DNA of 64,000 nucleotides from a virus: the IMG/VR virus record IMGVR_UViG_3300010397_000001, positions 1 through 64,000 of that record, one strand, 5' to 3'. Numbering within the stretch: position 1 is the stretch's first letter; every line of letters starts with the position of its first letter. The notes beneath the pieces were generated by a model. That model was not told the origin of the DNA. It ran no database searches and saw nothing but the letters and a program-made list of their open reading frames with translations. The translations under genes and the position numbers were made by a program. Positions 37,218 through 47,377 of this stretch are shown piece by piece.

Positions 37218-38658
37218 GAAGATGAAGCGTAAGAAGCTTGACGAGATAAAGGCTAAGAACATCGTTCTGTTCCAGCAAGTTACCAACGTTCCGATCGATT
37301 CGTTGAAGCCTCACCCACAGAACGCCAACGAGGGTGACATCGACATGATCGCTGAGTCGATCCTGGAAAACGGGGTCTACCGGCCGATCGTCATCAACAC
37401 TCGGAACGGCTTCATCGCGGCCGGTCACCACCAGTGGTTGGCGATGAGGAAGCTTGGCTGGGATCAGGTGCCAGTCATCACCATCGACGTTGACGAGCGC
37501 CGGCACAAGAAAATCATGCTGGCCGACAACGCTACGGCAGACCGCCGCACCTACAACGAGCGGTTGTTGGATGAGCTTCTTCAAAGTGTCGGTGACGTCA
37601 CGGGTACTGGTTACACGGAGCTGGAGGTGGAAGACATCCACACCAGGGCCACTGAAGCGGCACGTGAAGCCCTGAAGAACATCGAGTCGGGTCCAGGTGC
37701 CGCCGACATGGCCGCGGAAGCTCTACGGCGTGCCAGGGGCGGCCAAACGCTGGACAATGACGATGAGTACGACGAAGGTGTCGATGAAGGCGCCGGCGGC
37801 AGTGACGATTCAGAGTTTGAAGACCTCGGCGGAAAGAAGGACAAGGGTATCGAGGGTGCCGGTGATGAGCTGGCTGGCGCATTCCAGTTGAAGGAGGATA
37901 TGGCCTTCGACGGAGTGGGCGTGTGGGGTATCCCTCGTATCCGTACCGACGCCGGCACGCTGGCCACATGGGACGACCTGCCAGAAAACCTCTTGGCGTG
38001 GGCCGGAAGCGCAACGAAGGACTGGCCTGACCCCACCACTCACTGGCTGTACAACGTGGGGATCGACAGCGTGTCAGGGATGCCGCGCGACAAGAACGGT
38101 CTCTTCAGCCACGTCATCGCCGCGTTCTACTGCCACGACGAGTACTTCGACCCGTACTGGTGGAATCCGTCCAAGCACACCACTCGGCTTCTCAACTCAG
38201 GTATCAGCACCATCGTGATGCCTGACTTCAGCATGCACACGCCCGGAGAGGAATCACGAGTACTCAGCTTGTGGTCCTTGTACCGCAGCAGGTGGCTCGG
38301 TAGATACTTCCAGGAAGCTGGTATGAAGCTGATTCCTGAGGTGACGTGGGCTACTGCAGACGAAGGGTTTCTCACCGACTACGTTCTCCCCACGCTCCCG
38401 AAGAAGCTTCCGTTGCTGTCGATCCAGGTGCAGACGATCGATCCGGACTCGCCGCTGAACGCTGCCTATGTCAAGCAGCTACGCCTCATCCTTGACACGG
38501 TTAAGCCAAAGGACCTGTTGATTTATCACGGTAAGCAGGGTCGGAGGCTCTTCGACGATGGCTTGGTTCCGTTCAAGGGGCGAATCAAGTTCGTCGCATC
38601 TCGCCTGTACGCTCTTGGTGAGTCAGCCAAAAAGAGAGAGAAGAAGACAACTTTGTAG
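37204..38658 (+). CDS. ParB/Srx N-terminal domain fused to a DUF4417-like domain
   Basis: LKPHPQN...SI.ENG..RPIVI...AGH...A...LG...VPV...LADN; C-terminal FY..D..F, PDFS, YRSRW...YFQ..G...IP.V.W. Confidence 0.75.
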   Translation: MAGVRKMKRKKLDEIKAKNIVLFQQVTNVPIDSLKPHPQNANEGDIDMIAESILENGVYRPIVINTRNGFIAAGHHQWLAMRKLGWDQVPVITIDVDERRHKKIMLADNATADRRTYNERLLDELLQSVGDVTGTGYTELEVEDIHTRATEAAREALKNIESGPGAADMAAEALRRARGGQTLDNDDEYDEGVDEGAGGSDDSEFEDLGGKKDKGIEGAGDELAGAFQLKEDMAFDGVGVWGIPRIRTDAGTLATWDDLPENLLAWAGSATKDWPDPTTHWLYNVGIDSVSGMPRDKNGLFSHVIAAFYCHDEYFDPYWWNPSKHTTRLLNSGISTIVMPDFSMHTPGEESRVLSLWSLYRSRWLGRYFQEAGMKLIPEVTWATADEGFLTDYVLPTLPKKLPLLSIQVQTIDPDSPLNAAYVKQLRLILDTVKPKDLLIYHGKQGRRLFDDGLVPFKGRIKFVASRLYALGESAKKREKKTTL

Positions 38659-38857
38659 TGAATGAATCTATCGAAGCCGTGGTCGGTGACTATCCACTGT
38701 GTACCTACATGTGGTCGAGTACAACCATGGAAAAATTTGAATCAGATACTGTCTTCGGCGTAGTGAACGTTGAAAGAGTCAAGCACCATTACTGTGGCGC
38801 TCTTAAAGGTCATGAAGACAATCACTTCTGCCGTGGCTGTGGCGAGGAGACACCTCT

Positions 38858-40240
38858 ATGACGTATAACGACTATCCCGAGTCAACAGACGGATACGAGT
38901 ACGACGAAGCCGGACGGTCTACAGCCATCCGGCCCTCTCACATTGCCATTCTGGGCGTTCCGTTCGATGGTGGCACTCTAGGCGAGAAGGTCGGTCAGCG
39001 ACTGGCTCCACTGGCTATCCGCAACCTCGAAGCGCTCAGCACGATGCTCAGCGCTTACAACGATGACGTAGATGGTGAGCAAGTGAGTGTCGTCGACTGT
39101 GGCGATGTTCAGCTCGACAGGGCGTCTTCGGCAGGTGCTGCTCACGATCTCATCGAAGAGCGAGCTAGGGCCATCAAGCCGAACACGAGCATGCTGCTTG
39201 CCGTCGGAGGTGACCACAGCATTACCCCCTGGCTGATGAAGGGCGCGCTACTTGAACAGCTATACCTCGACGACACGCTGAAGCCGGTCGTTATCCACCT
39301 CGACGCGCACACGGACACCTGGGCGCACGAGGAATACGAGGAATACGGTACGGCTAACCACGCGTCGTGGGTGCGGTGGGTGCTGGAGAACAACTGGGCT
39401 CACGAGGTTCACCAGTTCGGTGTGCGTGGTTTCGCGCCGGACGAGAAGGATCTCTACGGTAAGCCGCTGTTCCGTCACCAGTTGCCGCCGGAAGAGTCGT
39501 TCACCAGGGCCATGCAGGTGATCAGCACTGCCGGCCGACCGGTGTACCTCACTGTTGATCTGGATGTCTGCGACCCATCCTTCGCTCCAGGTGTGGTAGC
39601 CCCTGAGCCAGGGGGATGGACGTCACTTCAACTCATGAATTTCATCACGTCCATCGTGTCATCCGGTGCTGTTAAAGGGATGGACATCGTGGAGTGTTGT
39701 CCGCCTCAGGATTACGCCGACCTTACGGTACGCTTGGCGCATCGGTGTATTGCGGCTTCCATCATCGGATTCTCTTGGTACCTGAAGGGGGTTCGGGACG
39801 TAGCCGCACTACGACAAATCAGGATGTCGGGAGAGGATGAGCCGGCATCCAGTCTGGAAGGAGAAGCTGTGCTCGACGCGAACACGAACGTCACTCTCCC
39901 GACCGAGGGTGACGAGATCGAAGAGCTGGACATGGACACCGACGACATCATCGAGGGTGGCATGGCCACCCGCAGCACCAAGGCCGTGAAGAAGGCCGGC
40001 CGAGGTGCCAAGAAGGTCGGCCGTGGCACCAAGAAGGCCGCGAAGGGAGCCAAGAAGGCGACCAAGACGGCGAAGAAGGCCACCAAGGGAGCAAAGAAGG
40101 CGACCAAGGCCGCGAAGAAGACGGTCAAGAAGGCCACCAAGACGGCAGCCAAGACCACTCGGGCCGCGACCAAGCCGGCGGCGAAGACGGCGAAGAAGGC
40201 CGCGACCAAGGCCGTGAAGAAGGTCGGCAAGCGAGGCTGA
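38858..40240 (+). CDS. Agmatinase/arginase-family ureohydrolase with an acidic linker and histone H1-like tail
   Basis: GVPFD, GGDHSIT, HLDAHTD, DLDVCDPSFAPG...PEPGG and DIVE; last 92 aa K/A/T-rich. Confidence 0.88.
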   Translation: MTYNDYPESTDGYEYDEAGRSTAIRPSHIAILGVPFDGGTLGEKVGQRLAPLAIRNLEALSTMLSAYNDDVDGEQVSVVDCGDVQLDRASSAGAAHDLIEERARAIKPNTSMLLAVGGDHSITPWLMKGALLEQLYLDDTLKPVVIHLDAHTDTWAHEEYEEYGTANHASWVRWVLENNWAHEVHQFGVRGFAPDEKDLYGKPLFRHQLPPEESFTRAMQVISTAGRPVYLTVDLDVCDPSFAPGVVAPEPGGWTSLQLMNFITSIVSSGAVKGMDIVECCPPQDYADLTVRLAHRCIAASIIGFSWYLKGVRDVAALRQIRMSGEDEPASSLEGEAVLDANTNVTLPTEGDEIEELDMDTDDIIEGGMATRSTKAVKKAGRGAKKVGRGTKKAAKGAKKATKTAKKATKGAKKATKAAKKTVKKATKTAAKTTRAATKPAAKTAKKAATKAVKKVGKRG

Positions 40241-40295
40241 TCGTCGGTCGACGTAAGATCGGAGCCGTGGTACGCCACGGCCACAGCAGTACAAG

Positions 40296-40336
40296 AAGGC
40301 GCTCCGGGGTTGCGACCCTCCCTGGGGCGCCTTTTT
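40296..40336 (+). terminator. Intrinsic terminator
   Basis: AAGGCGCTCCGGGG/CCCTGGGGCGCCTT stem followed by TTTTT. Confidence 0.7.
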
Positions 40337-40359
40337 GCTGCCCTTAAACAGGTGGAGCG

Positions 40360-40764
40360 ATGGATCACTTCAAATACTTACGCCAGCGGTTGAGCACCAT
40401 CAAGCAGGATCCGGACGATCGTGAGCTGGTCTTCTTCATCATGCGGGACCGGGTCGGCTACTACTGGCTCATTCAGCAAGTGAACGAGTCTGAACGACCG
40501 GACAGATTCAAGGTCACTCACCATAGGTACCGCGCGTGGCAGACGTCGGAACGACATGACATGCAGTACATGGGGGTCTTGCACACTCATCCGGATCCTG
40601 AACGGCCCAACCCTTCTCCGGATGATTACTGCTTGGCCAGCAAAAGCCGGATCCTTCTTTACGCGGTCTACTGTCCTACGCTGCGCCGGCTCACTTGGCA
40701 CAACAACGAAAATGAACTGTGGCGCGTGACGATTCCTATGAAAACCAGAGCGAGGCACAAATGA
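40360..40764 (+). CDS. JAB/MPN-domain metalloprotease
   Basis: N-terminal catalytic E (RE) and LHTHP......PSPDD (HxH-x7-S-x2-D). Confidence 0.75.
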   Translation: MDHFKYLRQRLSTIKQDPDDRELVFFIMRDRVGYYWLIQQVNESERPDRFKVTHHRYRAWQTSERHDMQYMGVLHTHPDPERPNPSPDDYCLASKSRILLYAVYCPTLRRLTWHNNENELWRVTIPMKTRARHK

Positions 40765-41699
40765 CTGACCTGGACATGTGGGCGAGCAATCAGGCCGACG
40801 CACGGACGGAGTGGATCGAGTTCGTCATGGGTCCTTTCCCTGATCGCATGGACGAGATGCCGCGTCGGTACAGAATCAACGTCTCGTTCATGCTGTCCAA
40901 CTGGAAGTGCATCTTCGGTGAAGGGTGTCCGGGCGTCCTGGTCAGCGGCGCGATGACGGATCGAGGGTGCTGCCAGATCGGCGTGCACATCGAGCGTGAC
41001 GAGCTGGCCAGGGTGAACAAGTACGTCAAGATGCTGACGCCGGCCGACCTCGATTCCGAACTACTTAAGGACGTGAAGCAGAACGGTTGGAAGTACAACG
41101 AAACCGACGAGGAGCACCGTAGTGACGGTTACACCAAGCACACGCGAGTTGTTGACGGCGCTTGTGTGCTGGCAAATCGCGCTGGTGGGTCAAGCGGTCA
41201 GATCGGCTGCTCGCTTCACGTTCTCGCGAAGCGGATCGGGATCAGCCCCACGGAGACCAAGCCCAACATCTGCTGGCAGCTCCCAGTCGTCGCACAGGAA
41301 GAGTACGACGAGGACCGCGACGAATACGTCATCACCGTCACCAACACCCCCGGCGAACAGTGGGGGAGCAGGTACACCACCGAGGTAACACACCCCGGTT
41401 GGTTCTGCACCGAGACTCCGGACGCCTACCGGGGTGACGACACGGTGTACGTGACCAACGAGGACAGCCTTCGCAAGCAGATGGGAGATGACGCCTACGA
41501 CAAGATGTCCGCGGAACTCGATCAGCTCGCCAGGCGGTTCAGGATGCCCGGCGAGAAAATCCACAATGGACAGCCACTGATCCCACTCATGGTGGCGAAG
41601 CGGATGGGCGAATGGAAGATCGACGCCGCCGATCCGGACAGCGAGACGACCGACGAGAGCAAGGAAGCGCTCAAGCGGAGCGCGAACTACTCAGCCTAG
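40761..41699 (+). CDS. Cys-rich Fe-S/Zn cluster protein (DUF3109/YkgJ-like, as in actinobacterial chromosomes)
   Basis: WKCIFG.GC.G, GCC..G, GACV, GCSLH, KP.ICWQLP and WFCT motifs. Confidence 0.7.
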   Translation: MTDLDMWASNQADARTEWIEFVMGPFPDRMDEMPRRYRINVSFMLSNWKCIFGEGCPGVLVSGAMTDRGCCQIGVHIERDELARVNKYVKMLTPADLDSELLKDVKQNGWKYNETDEEHRSDGYTKHTRVVDGACVLANRAGGSSGQIGCSLHVLAKRIGISPTETKPNICWQLPVVAQEEYDEDRDEYVITVTNTPGEQWGSRYTTEVTHPGWFCTETPDAYRGDDTVYVTNEDSLRKQMGDDAYDKMSAELDQLARRFRMPGEKIHNGQPLIPLMVAKRMGEWKIDAADPDSETTDESKEALKRSANYSA

Positions 41700-41970
41700 G
41701 GAAGGCCGTGGCGTGCTAAGACCCAAGGGTTACGAGAACAAGGCTCTGACCGGCGACGAAGACAAGGTAGTGGGCGTCGAAGGTATGGATGGCGCATTGC
41801 GCTATCTGGCTCACTGCCTCAACGAACATCCGGAACTGCTCAAGGAAGAAGACGAAGAAGCTTCCGATGCCGACTGGCGAGATACGCAGCGGTTGCTATA
41901 TCAAGATTCACTAGACGATGACGAGCGTTCCGGGCTCAACGAAGACATCGACCCTCTGTAGAGCACACAA

Positions 41971-42018
41971 GGAACGGCACCGGTCGGGGACAGTGGCGAA
42001 CCCAACCGGTGCCGTTCC
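41971..42018. terminator. Strong hairpin, probable terminator
   Basis: GGAACGGCACCGGT/ACCGGTGCCGTTCC inverted repeat. Confidence 0.55.
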
Positions 42019-42450
42019 GCATGGGAGGGAACACCGCACGCAAGGGTGAGCGTAGCCGTGGCGGAGCGCTCACACAATAGTCAGGGTGCAGTGATGTACC
42101 CCTGGTGCTTGAAAACCCGCCAGCGTGCAGCTCAGCGGGCTACAGATACCATCACGAAGGGTCGAGTTATGAGGGCAAGGTTGAGGCTCAAGTGGCGTGC
42201 GCGGTGGCACCGGGGTAGTGCACTCATCTACCTGCGCAACGGAACGGTCATCAGGGTGAAGCGCGACCCCAAGGTACCGCCGGCCAAATACATGGAGACC
42301 TACAGCAACTCGCTGAAGACCAGCAGTGAGCCGGTATGGGTCTTCTCCTGGAACGGCACGGCCGCTGTCACCGTCATGAAGAGCGAAGTGGTGGCGATAG
42401 AGGCTTTCTGATGGCACGAGGACCGATAGACCCCAACACCAGACGGATCA

Positions 42451-43182
42451 ATGAACACAAGGAACGAAGAGATGACAGACGACGACGCGTTCGCTGTTGC
42501 ACCCACGGCGAGTACTGCATCTGCGAACCAGGGTGCGACTGTGAATGTTTTTCTTGCGAGTGTTAAAGCCATGGTCAGTTGGATGGTCGGCGCTCTGTTC
42601 GGTGTGTGCCTGACCCTGCTCTGGCCGCACACCGTTCTGGTGGTCGTATTCATCGGCCTGGTGTTCGTGGCCACACTGATTTGGTTCCTGCTCAGCCATC
42701 GACTTGATGTGTTGAATCGACGATGGCACATCGAGCAGAACATGCTCCTACTTAACAAGTTGAAGGGAGCGAAGCTAAACCCTGAAGAGACGGTGGTACT
42801 CGCCGATAACCCCCACATCCAGCCTAATACCGGTGAGCAGCGTGGTAGCGAAATCCATGCCGGCCGCTTTGGCAGTGACACGTTCGATTTCTCTGGACTG
42901 ACCAAGGGGTATGTATGCACACCGAAGTGGTACGAAACCTCACTGGAACACTGTGGTGACTTCAAGCGGGACGGCAGGACCGTCTACGTCGTCATGCACA
43001 ACCTCATGGAACCTCGGCCCAATGTGCGGTTGCACTACGAAGGCGCGGGAGAAGCAAGCGTGCCGGCGGAAAAACACTACCTCGATCCACGCACAGTCGA
43101 GGTGTCGCCGGGCTACTACTCCCGGAACAACAAGTGGATTGACTACCCCGCCACCAACCTGAAGGTGCAGGTTTGGGTCTGA
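42451..43182 (+). CDS. Membrane protein
   Basis: Two TM segments followed by a soluble domain. Confidence 0.55.
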   Translation: MNTRNEEMTDDDAFAVAPTASTASANQGATVNVFLASVKAMVSWMVGALFGVCLTLLWPHTVLVVVFIGLVFVATLIWFLLSHRLDVLNRRWHIEQNMLLLNKLKGAKLNPEETVVLADNPHIQPNTGEQRGSEIHAGRFGSDTFDFSGLTKGYVCTPKWYETSLEHCGDFKRDGRTVYVVMHNLMEPRPNVRLHYEGAGEASVPAEKHYLDPRTVEVSPGYYSRNNKWIDYPATNLKVQVWV

Positions 43183-43673
43183 TGCTCTACCTCGTGTATA
43201 CAGTCGGCCTCCCAGGATCCGGCAAGACAACCTGGGCCATGAAGTTCATTGAAGGAAGAGAGGGTGCCTGGTCGCGGGTGAACCGTGATCTCATTCGCGC
43301 CATGTTGCACAACAGCGTGTACAAAGAGGCACTGACCGAGAACCTGGTTTATGAAGGTCAGGAGGCTCTGATCCTCTCCTTGCTGCGCAACGGTTCATCG
43401 GTGGTGTGTGACGACACTAATCTCAGTCCGTCATCACTCCAGCGCTTCGCACGCTTGATAAGCGATCTGAAACCACAGATCGTCGGCCTGCGGATGAAGT
43501 CCTTCCTCGACGTGCCGCTGGAAACCTGTCTGGAACGAAACCGTCTGCGCGACGGCGTACAGAGGGTGTCGGAATCAGTGATCCGCGACATGTTTGAGGG
43601 GGTGAAGAAGAACGTCCTCGAACTGGCGAAGAACAACAGGATGATCGGCATGGACGGAGAGGAATACTTCTGA
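43182..43673 (+). CDS. Polynucleotide-kinase-like P-loop kinase (AAA_33)
   Basis: GLPGSGKTTWA, NRD.IR, DDTNL and PLE.C.ERN..R motifs as in the T4 PNK kinase domain. Confidence 0.85.
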   Translation: MLYLVYTVGLPGSGKTTWAMKFIEGREGAWSRVNRDLIRAMLHNSVYKEALTENLVYEGQEALILSLLRNGSSVVCDDTNLSPSSLQRFARLISDLKPQIVGLRMKSFLDVPLETCLERNRLRDGVQRVSESVIRDMFEGVKKNVLELAKNNRMIGMDGEEYF

Positions 43674-43674
43674 A

Positions 43675-44055
43675 ATGAGTCCGTTTCTGAGAATGCCGAT
43701 GGGTCTGGCAATGCGCATCGCTGAACGTATGTCCGAGCAGTGGAATTACAACCCTGACGACTACACCGAAGGTCAGAAGGGAGCGGATAACCACAGGCGC
43801 TACGACATTCGTTCAACTGCTGAACAGTTGGCCGCCGAAGAGCCGTACAACTTCGGATATGGCGACCACATCATGGTGATGCGGGAGACAGTGAAGTTCT
43901 TCTGTTCACACCCTGAATCACTCATCGGATTCCAGCGCTTGTTCGAACAGCTCGACGCAGATCAGGACGATTACCCTGACTGGCAACGCCTCAAAGACAT
44001 CAAGCCGATGATCGAACGAGCGTTTGAGGAGGCGAAGCGTGACTTCACCAAGTAG
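43675..44055 (+). CDS. Hypothetical protein
   Basis: Operon ORF. Confidence 0.5.
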   Translation: MSPFLRMPMGLAMRIAERMSEQWNYNPDDYTEGQKGADNHRRYDIRSTAEQLAAEEPYNFGYGDHIMVMRETVKFFCSHPESLIGFQRLFEQLDADQDDYPDWQRLKDIKPMIERAFEEAKRDFTK

Positions 44056-44359
44056 CGCTACCATCGCGCATCTTGAGTTCCTTAAGTTTCTCGCCAGGCA
44101 TCGTGACTTCCATGACATGTACCTGACGGACAGCACGCCGCGTGCGTTCATCAACAACATCAGAGACACCATGCGCGCCGTGGAGCTGGCTACCTATGAC
44201 GGACTAAGGATCCTGAACGATGAACTCGTCACGGTGCTCTGTAGGGCCGTCTACGAAGGCATCTACAACGAGTGGGTGGACGCCGAACGCCGGATGAAAA
44301 TAATCTCGGAGAATGTACGTGTCAAAAAGTACGGCCAACACGAAGGTGAGATGTAGTAC

Positions 44360-44845
44360 ATGAAGTACGTAATTCAGATAGAAAACGCGCGCACCGAGGT
44401 GATGGCCGCACTCGCTGGTCTGGGGTATGTCCAGCGCACCTACCTCAACGTGACCAGCGGGATGTACGACGTCACCTCCGTCCCGCTCTACGCCGGCCCA
44501 GCACAGCACTTCGTCAACATCGTGGAGCAGATCCAAAAGGAAGCTGGCGAGAAGGCCAAGGAAGAAGGGAGGACGGTCAAGAAGAAACCGATGATTGACC
44601 TCTTCGAGCTGGCGAAGTCAAGCCCTGCCTTCAAGGTGCCGGTAGAGGTAAACGGACATCTGTACTGTCCCTACCACGCCGACATCTCGTTGGAATGGGC
44701 GGGGTCTGAAAACTCATACTGGTGTCCTGCGATCACTACGAGCGGCTACGACGAATACCCCTGTAAATATCGGTGCCCGGGGCCGTTGCACATCAACGAC
44801 GAAGGTGTGCTCGCCTACGGCACTAGGGGCGGCTTCACGCCGTGA
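44360..44845 (+). CDS. Hypothetical protein with Cys motifs
   Basis: YCPYH...WCP...C. Confidence 0.5.
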   Translation: MKYVIQIENARTEVMAALAGLGYVQRTYLNVTSGMYDVTSVPLYAGPAQHFVNIVEQIQKEAGEKAKEEGRTVKKKPMIDLFELAKSSPAFKVPVEVNGHLYCPYHADISLEWAGSENSYWCPAITTSGYDEYPCKYRCPGPLHINDEGVLAYGTRGGFTP

Positions 44846-45201
44846 AAGACAGCTACTACATCACAGACGGCAAAGGCCAGATCGTGTGTACGGCGTGGCT
44901 CACGCCTGACGTGACCGATTGGCCGCCACCAACGTTCCTGCTCAACCGGATACAGGTTACGCGGCATCAAGGCCGCAAGGGCTATGGAAGCAAGCTCTTG
45001 CAGATCGTCTGCGAATTGGCGGACGAGGAAGGGGTGGTACTGATCCTCGGAGTGTCGCCGGACGACAGTGACGACTTCGATTGGTTGGTGAAGTGGTACG
45101 AGAAGTTCGGCTTCACCGCCAAGCACAAGGACAGAGAACTCAACCTCTGGTTCAACCTCATGGAACGTCTACCGATTCAAGGAGTGAAAGACAGTGGCTG
45201 A
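44842..45201 (+). CDS. GNAT acetyltransferase
   Basis: V...HQGRKGYGSKLL (motif A) and L..WYEKFGF (motif B). Confidence 0.8.
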   Translation: MKDSYYITDGKGQIVCTAWLTPDVTDWPPPTFLLNRIQVTRHQGRKGYGSKLLQIVCELADEEGVVLILGVSPDDSDDFDWLVKWYEKFGFTAKHKDRELNLWFNLMERLPIQGVKDSG

Positions 45202-46096
45202 AGAAAACGAAGAAAAGCTCGGCCTGCCGGTAGCAGAGCTGCGCTTCATCCTGAAAAGCAAGTGTGGGCTGGACGAGGAGATGGCCAAGTTCGTCGCCGA
45301 AAGGCTGATCTCCAACGGAGTGCATGTACCCGCGTCCATCACGCCGGAGATGTTCCTGGTGCAGTCGACGGACCGTTTCCTCAACCATGACGCGCGTCGA
45401 CTGCTGCTTGACCAGATGAACGCAGCAATCTTGCTGCAAGAGCACCGCGCCACAATGAGCTTGGCCGAACAAACGCGCGACGGCCACGAGAACCTGGCGC
45501 GTTCGATCGCCGAAGCATTCCAGCACTCGCACCAGGTGAAGAAAGACCTGCTGAAGGTGTCCTACGGCGCGAAGAAGGACATCGAAGAGCTGAACGCTCG
45601 GGTGACCGAGGTCGCCGATACTCTTACCGACCTGCTGAACAAAGCCAAGACGCGAGGGATGATCTTCGACGGCAAGAACTGGGTGCCGAACTTCACCTTC
45701 ACTGGTGATGTTCCGAAGTTCAGTCTCCGCACGGCAGTGCCGGCGTTCAGTGCGGACTTCGCTACCGGGGAGGTAACTCACTTCAACCTGCCGAAGCAGC
45801 ATGAAGACGCCGAAGATCAGGTCAGCGTCTACGAGGAGGGTGTCAAGCAGCATTCAGTCGATGAAACAGATCTCGGCACTGGCGTAATCCTGAAGGCGGA
45901 TCAACTTCCGATGGAGGTGGTGATTGAGGCGATGAAGACCGGGCGCATCAAGAGCTGCGTCCGTGACATGGACACCAACCTGTGGGAGATCGAGACCGTA
46001 CCGATGCTGCCGGCGGAAACCGAAAAGTTCGCACAGTGGGCGGGGAAGAAAGAAGAAGAGCTGCACGCCCAGCAGCACGAAACGGAACAAGGCTGA
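45194..46096 (+). CDS. Hypothetical coiled-coil protein
   Basis: 300 aa; strong codon bias. Confidence 0.6.
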   Translation: MAEENEEKLGLPVAELRFILKSKCGLDEEMAKFVAERLISNGVHVPASITPEMFLVQSTDRFLNHDARRLLLDQMNAAILLQEHRATMSLAEQTRDGHENLARSIAEAFQHSHQVKKDLLKVSYGAKKDIEELNARVTEVADTLTDLLNKAKTRGMIFDGKNWVPNFTFTGDVPKFSLRTAVPAFSADFATGEVTHFNLPKQHEDAEDQVSVYEEGVKQHSVDETDLGTGVILKADQLPMEVVIEAMKTGRIKSCVRDMDTNLWEIETVPMLPAETEKFAQWAGKKEEELHAQQHETEQG

Positions 46097-46450
46097 GAAG
46101 TAGGGCGGGCAACAAACAAACACACCCGCCCCAGGGATGAAGACAGAAGAAGGCAGAAGAAAGAGAGCACACAACACACGATGGCTACCAAGTGTGGACC
46201 GTGCAACGGACAAGGCGGTAAGTGGGAAGGGTACACAGACGAGAGGACAGGAATGTACAAGCTTCGTTGGAAGCTGTGTACGTCATGTGCCGGTAATGGT
46301 GAGCGGTAGGTATCAAGCGATGCCGTCTTTTGCTTCAGGTCATACACTTAGTACTGCTCTGTAGGTTATGAAGATGGCAAACCCAGCAGAAAGCCTGTTG
46401 AGCAGCTAAGATTCATCAGAGCAATCGTCCGAGAATAGACCAGATGAACG

Positions 46451-47377
46451 ATGGCCGCCCTCTCATCCAGGCGCGGGAAGGGGCTAGAAGTGCCTGTGCG
46501 TAAGGGAACCAAGCTCCCACCAGTGCTGAAGAAGCAGCCACCAAAGAAGAGTGACGCACGTGTGGTCACGCCTCCCAGTGGTGGCAAAAGAAAGATGAAG
46601 GCGCTAGGTGCTCGCAAGGGTGCGGGGGCGGTCGTCGATCGGGTGGCGTTGGACAAGTACGACAGCCGGAGAAAGTACGACTGGGACGCCATCCGCCAGT
46701 GGTATATCGAGTTCCCAGGTACGAAAGTTACACACGCCATGGTGTCGCGTGAGTTCGGTCCACACGTGCAGCAGGTGTCCACGCACGCCAACAAGGAGCG
46801 GTGGGCATACCTTCGTTCAGCGCATCAAGCGGAAAAGATGAAGGAGCGGATGCGTGACCGCACACAGTGGACCGTGGACGAAGGGGAGAAGTTCGACAAG
46901 TCTTCCTTGGACACCGCGCGCCTAGGAATGTCACTTGTCACCTCCCGCCTCATTGAGCTGAACGAAGTGTTCGCCGCAGCCCGTGGGAAGCACGCAGAGC
47001 TTGTCAGGAAGGTAAACAGTGGTCTGCCCCTGGACAAGGGCGAACGGTACAGCCTGATGGACTACAGGGAGCTTGAAAGCCTTGCTCGCGCGGCGCTGAC
47101 GTTCCAGGAAGTAGGGCGTAAGGCTCTTGGTACCGATGTGATGGACCTGTCCGTCACGTTGAACGGTGAGGTGTCCGTCGAAGAGGTCGTGCACATCGGT
47201 GAAACACTCACACGTGATGACCCTGACCGCCTGGCGAAGATCCTCGACGTGATGGAACGCGCCGGCCTGATGAAGGCCATGTTGGGCGAGCACACCGTCA
47301 TCGACATGTTGCCCAAGGGCGAAGAGATCCTGGAAGGTTCATTCACTGAAGAACCAGACGTTCCAGAGGACGTCTAA
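46451..47377 (+). CDS. Terminase small subunit-like HTH protein
   Basis: KYDWDAIR..Y.....T...VSREFG......V..HA.KERW followed by long helices. Confidence 0.55.
   Translation: MAALSSRRGKGLEVPVRKGTKLPPVLKKQPPKKSDARVVTPPSGGKRKMKALGARKGAGAVVDRVALDKYDSRRKYDWDAIRQWYIEFPGTKVTHAMVSREFGPHVQQVSTHANKERWAYLRSAHQAEKMKERMRDRTQWTVDEGEKFDKSSLDTARLGMSLVTSRLIELNEVFAAARGKHAELVRKVNSGLPLDKGERYSLMDYRELESLARAALTFQEVGRKALGTDVMDLSVTLNGEVSVEEVVHIGETLTRDDPDRLAKILDVMERAGLMKAMLGEHTVIDMLPKGEEILEGSFTEEPDVPEDV

Noticed and set aside
39962-40240. AAGAAGGC-type tandem repeats as a CRISPR array or satellite
   Set aside because: Explained by Lys/Ala codons of the histone-like tail; no constant repeat with unique spacers
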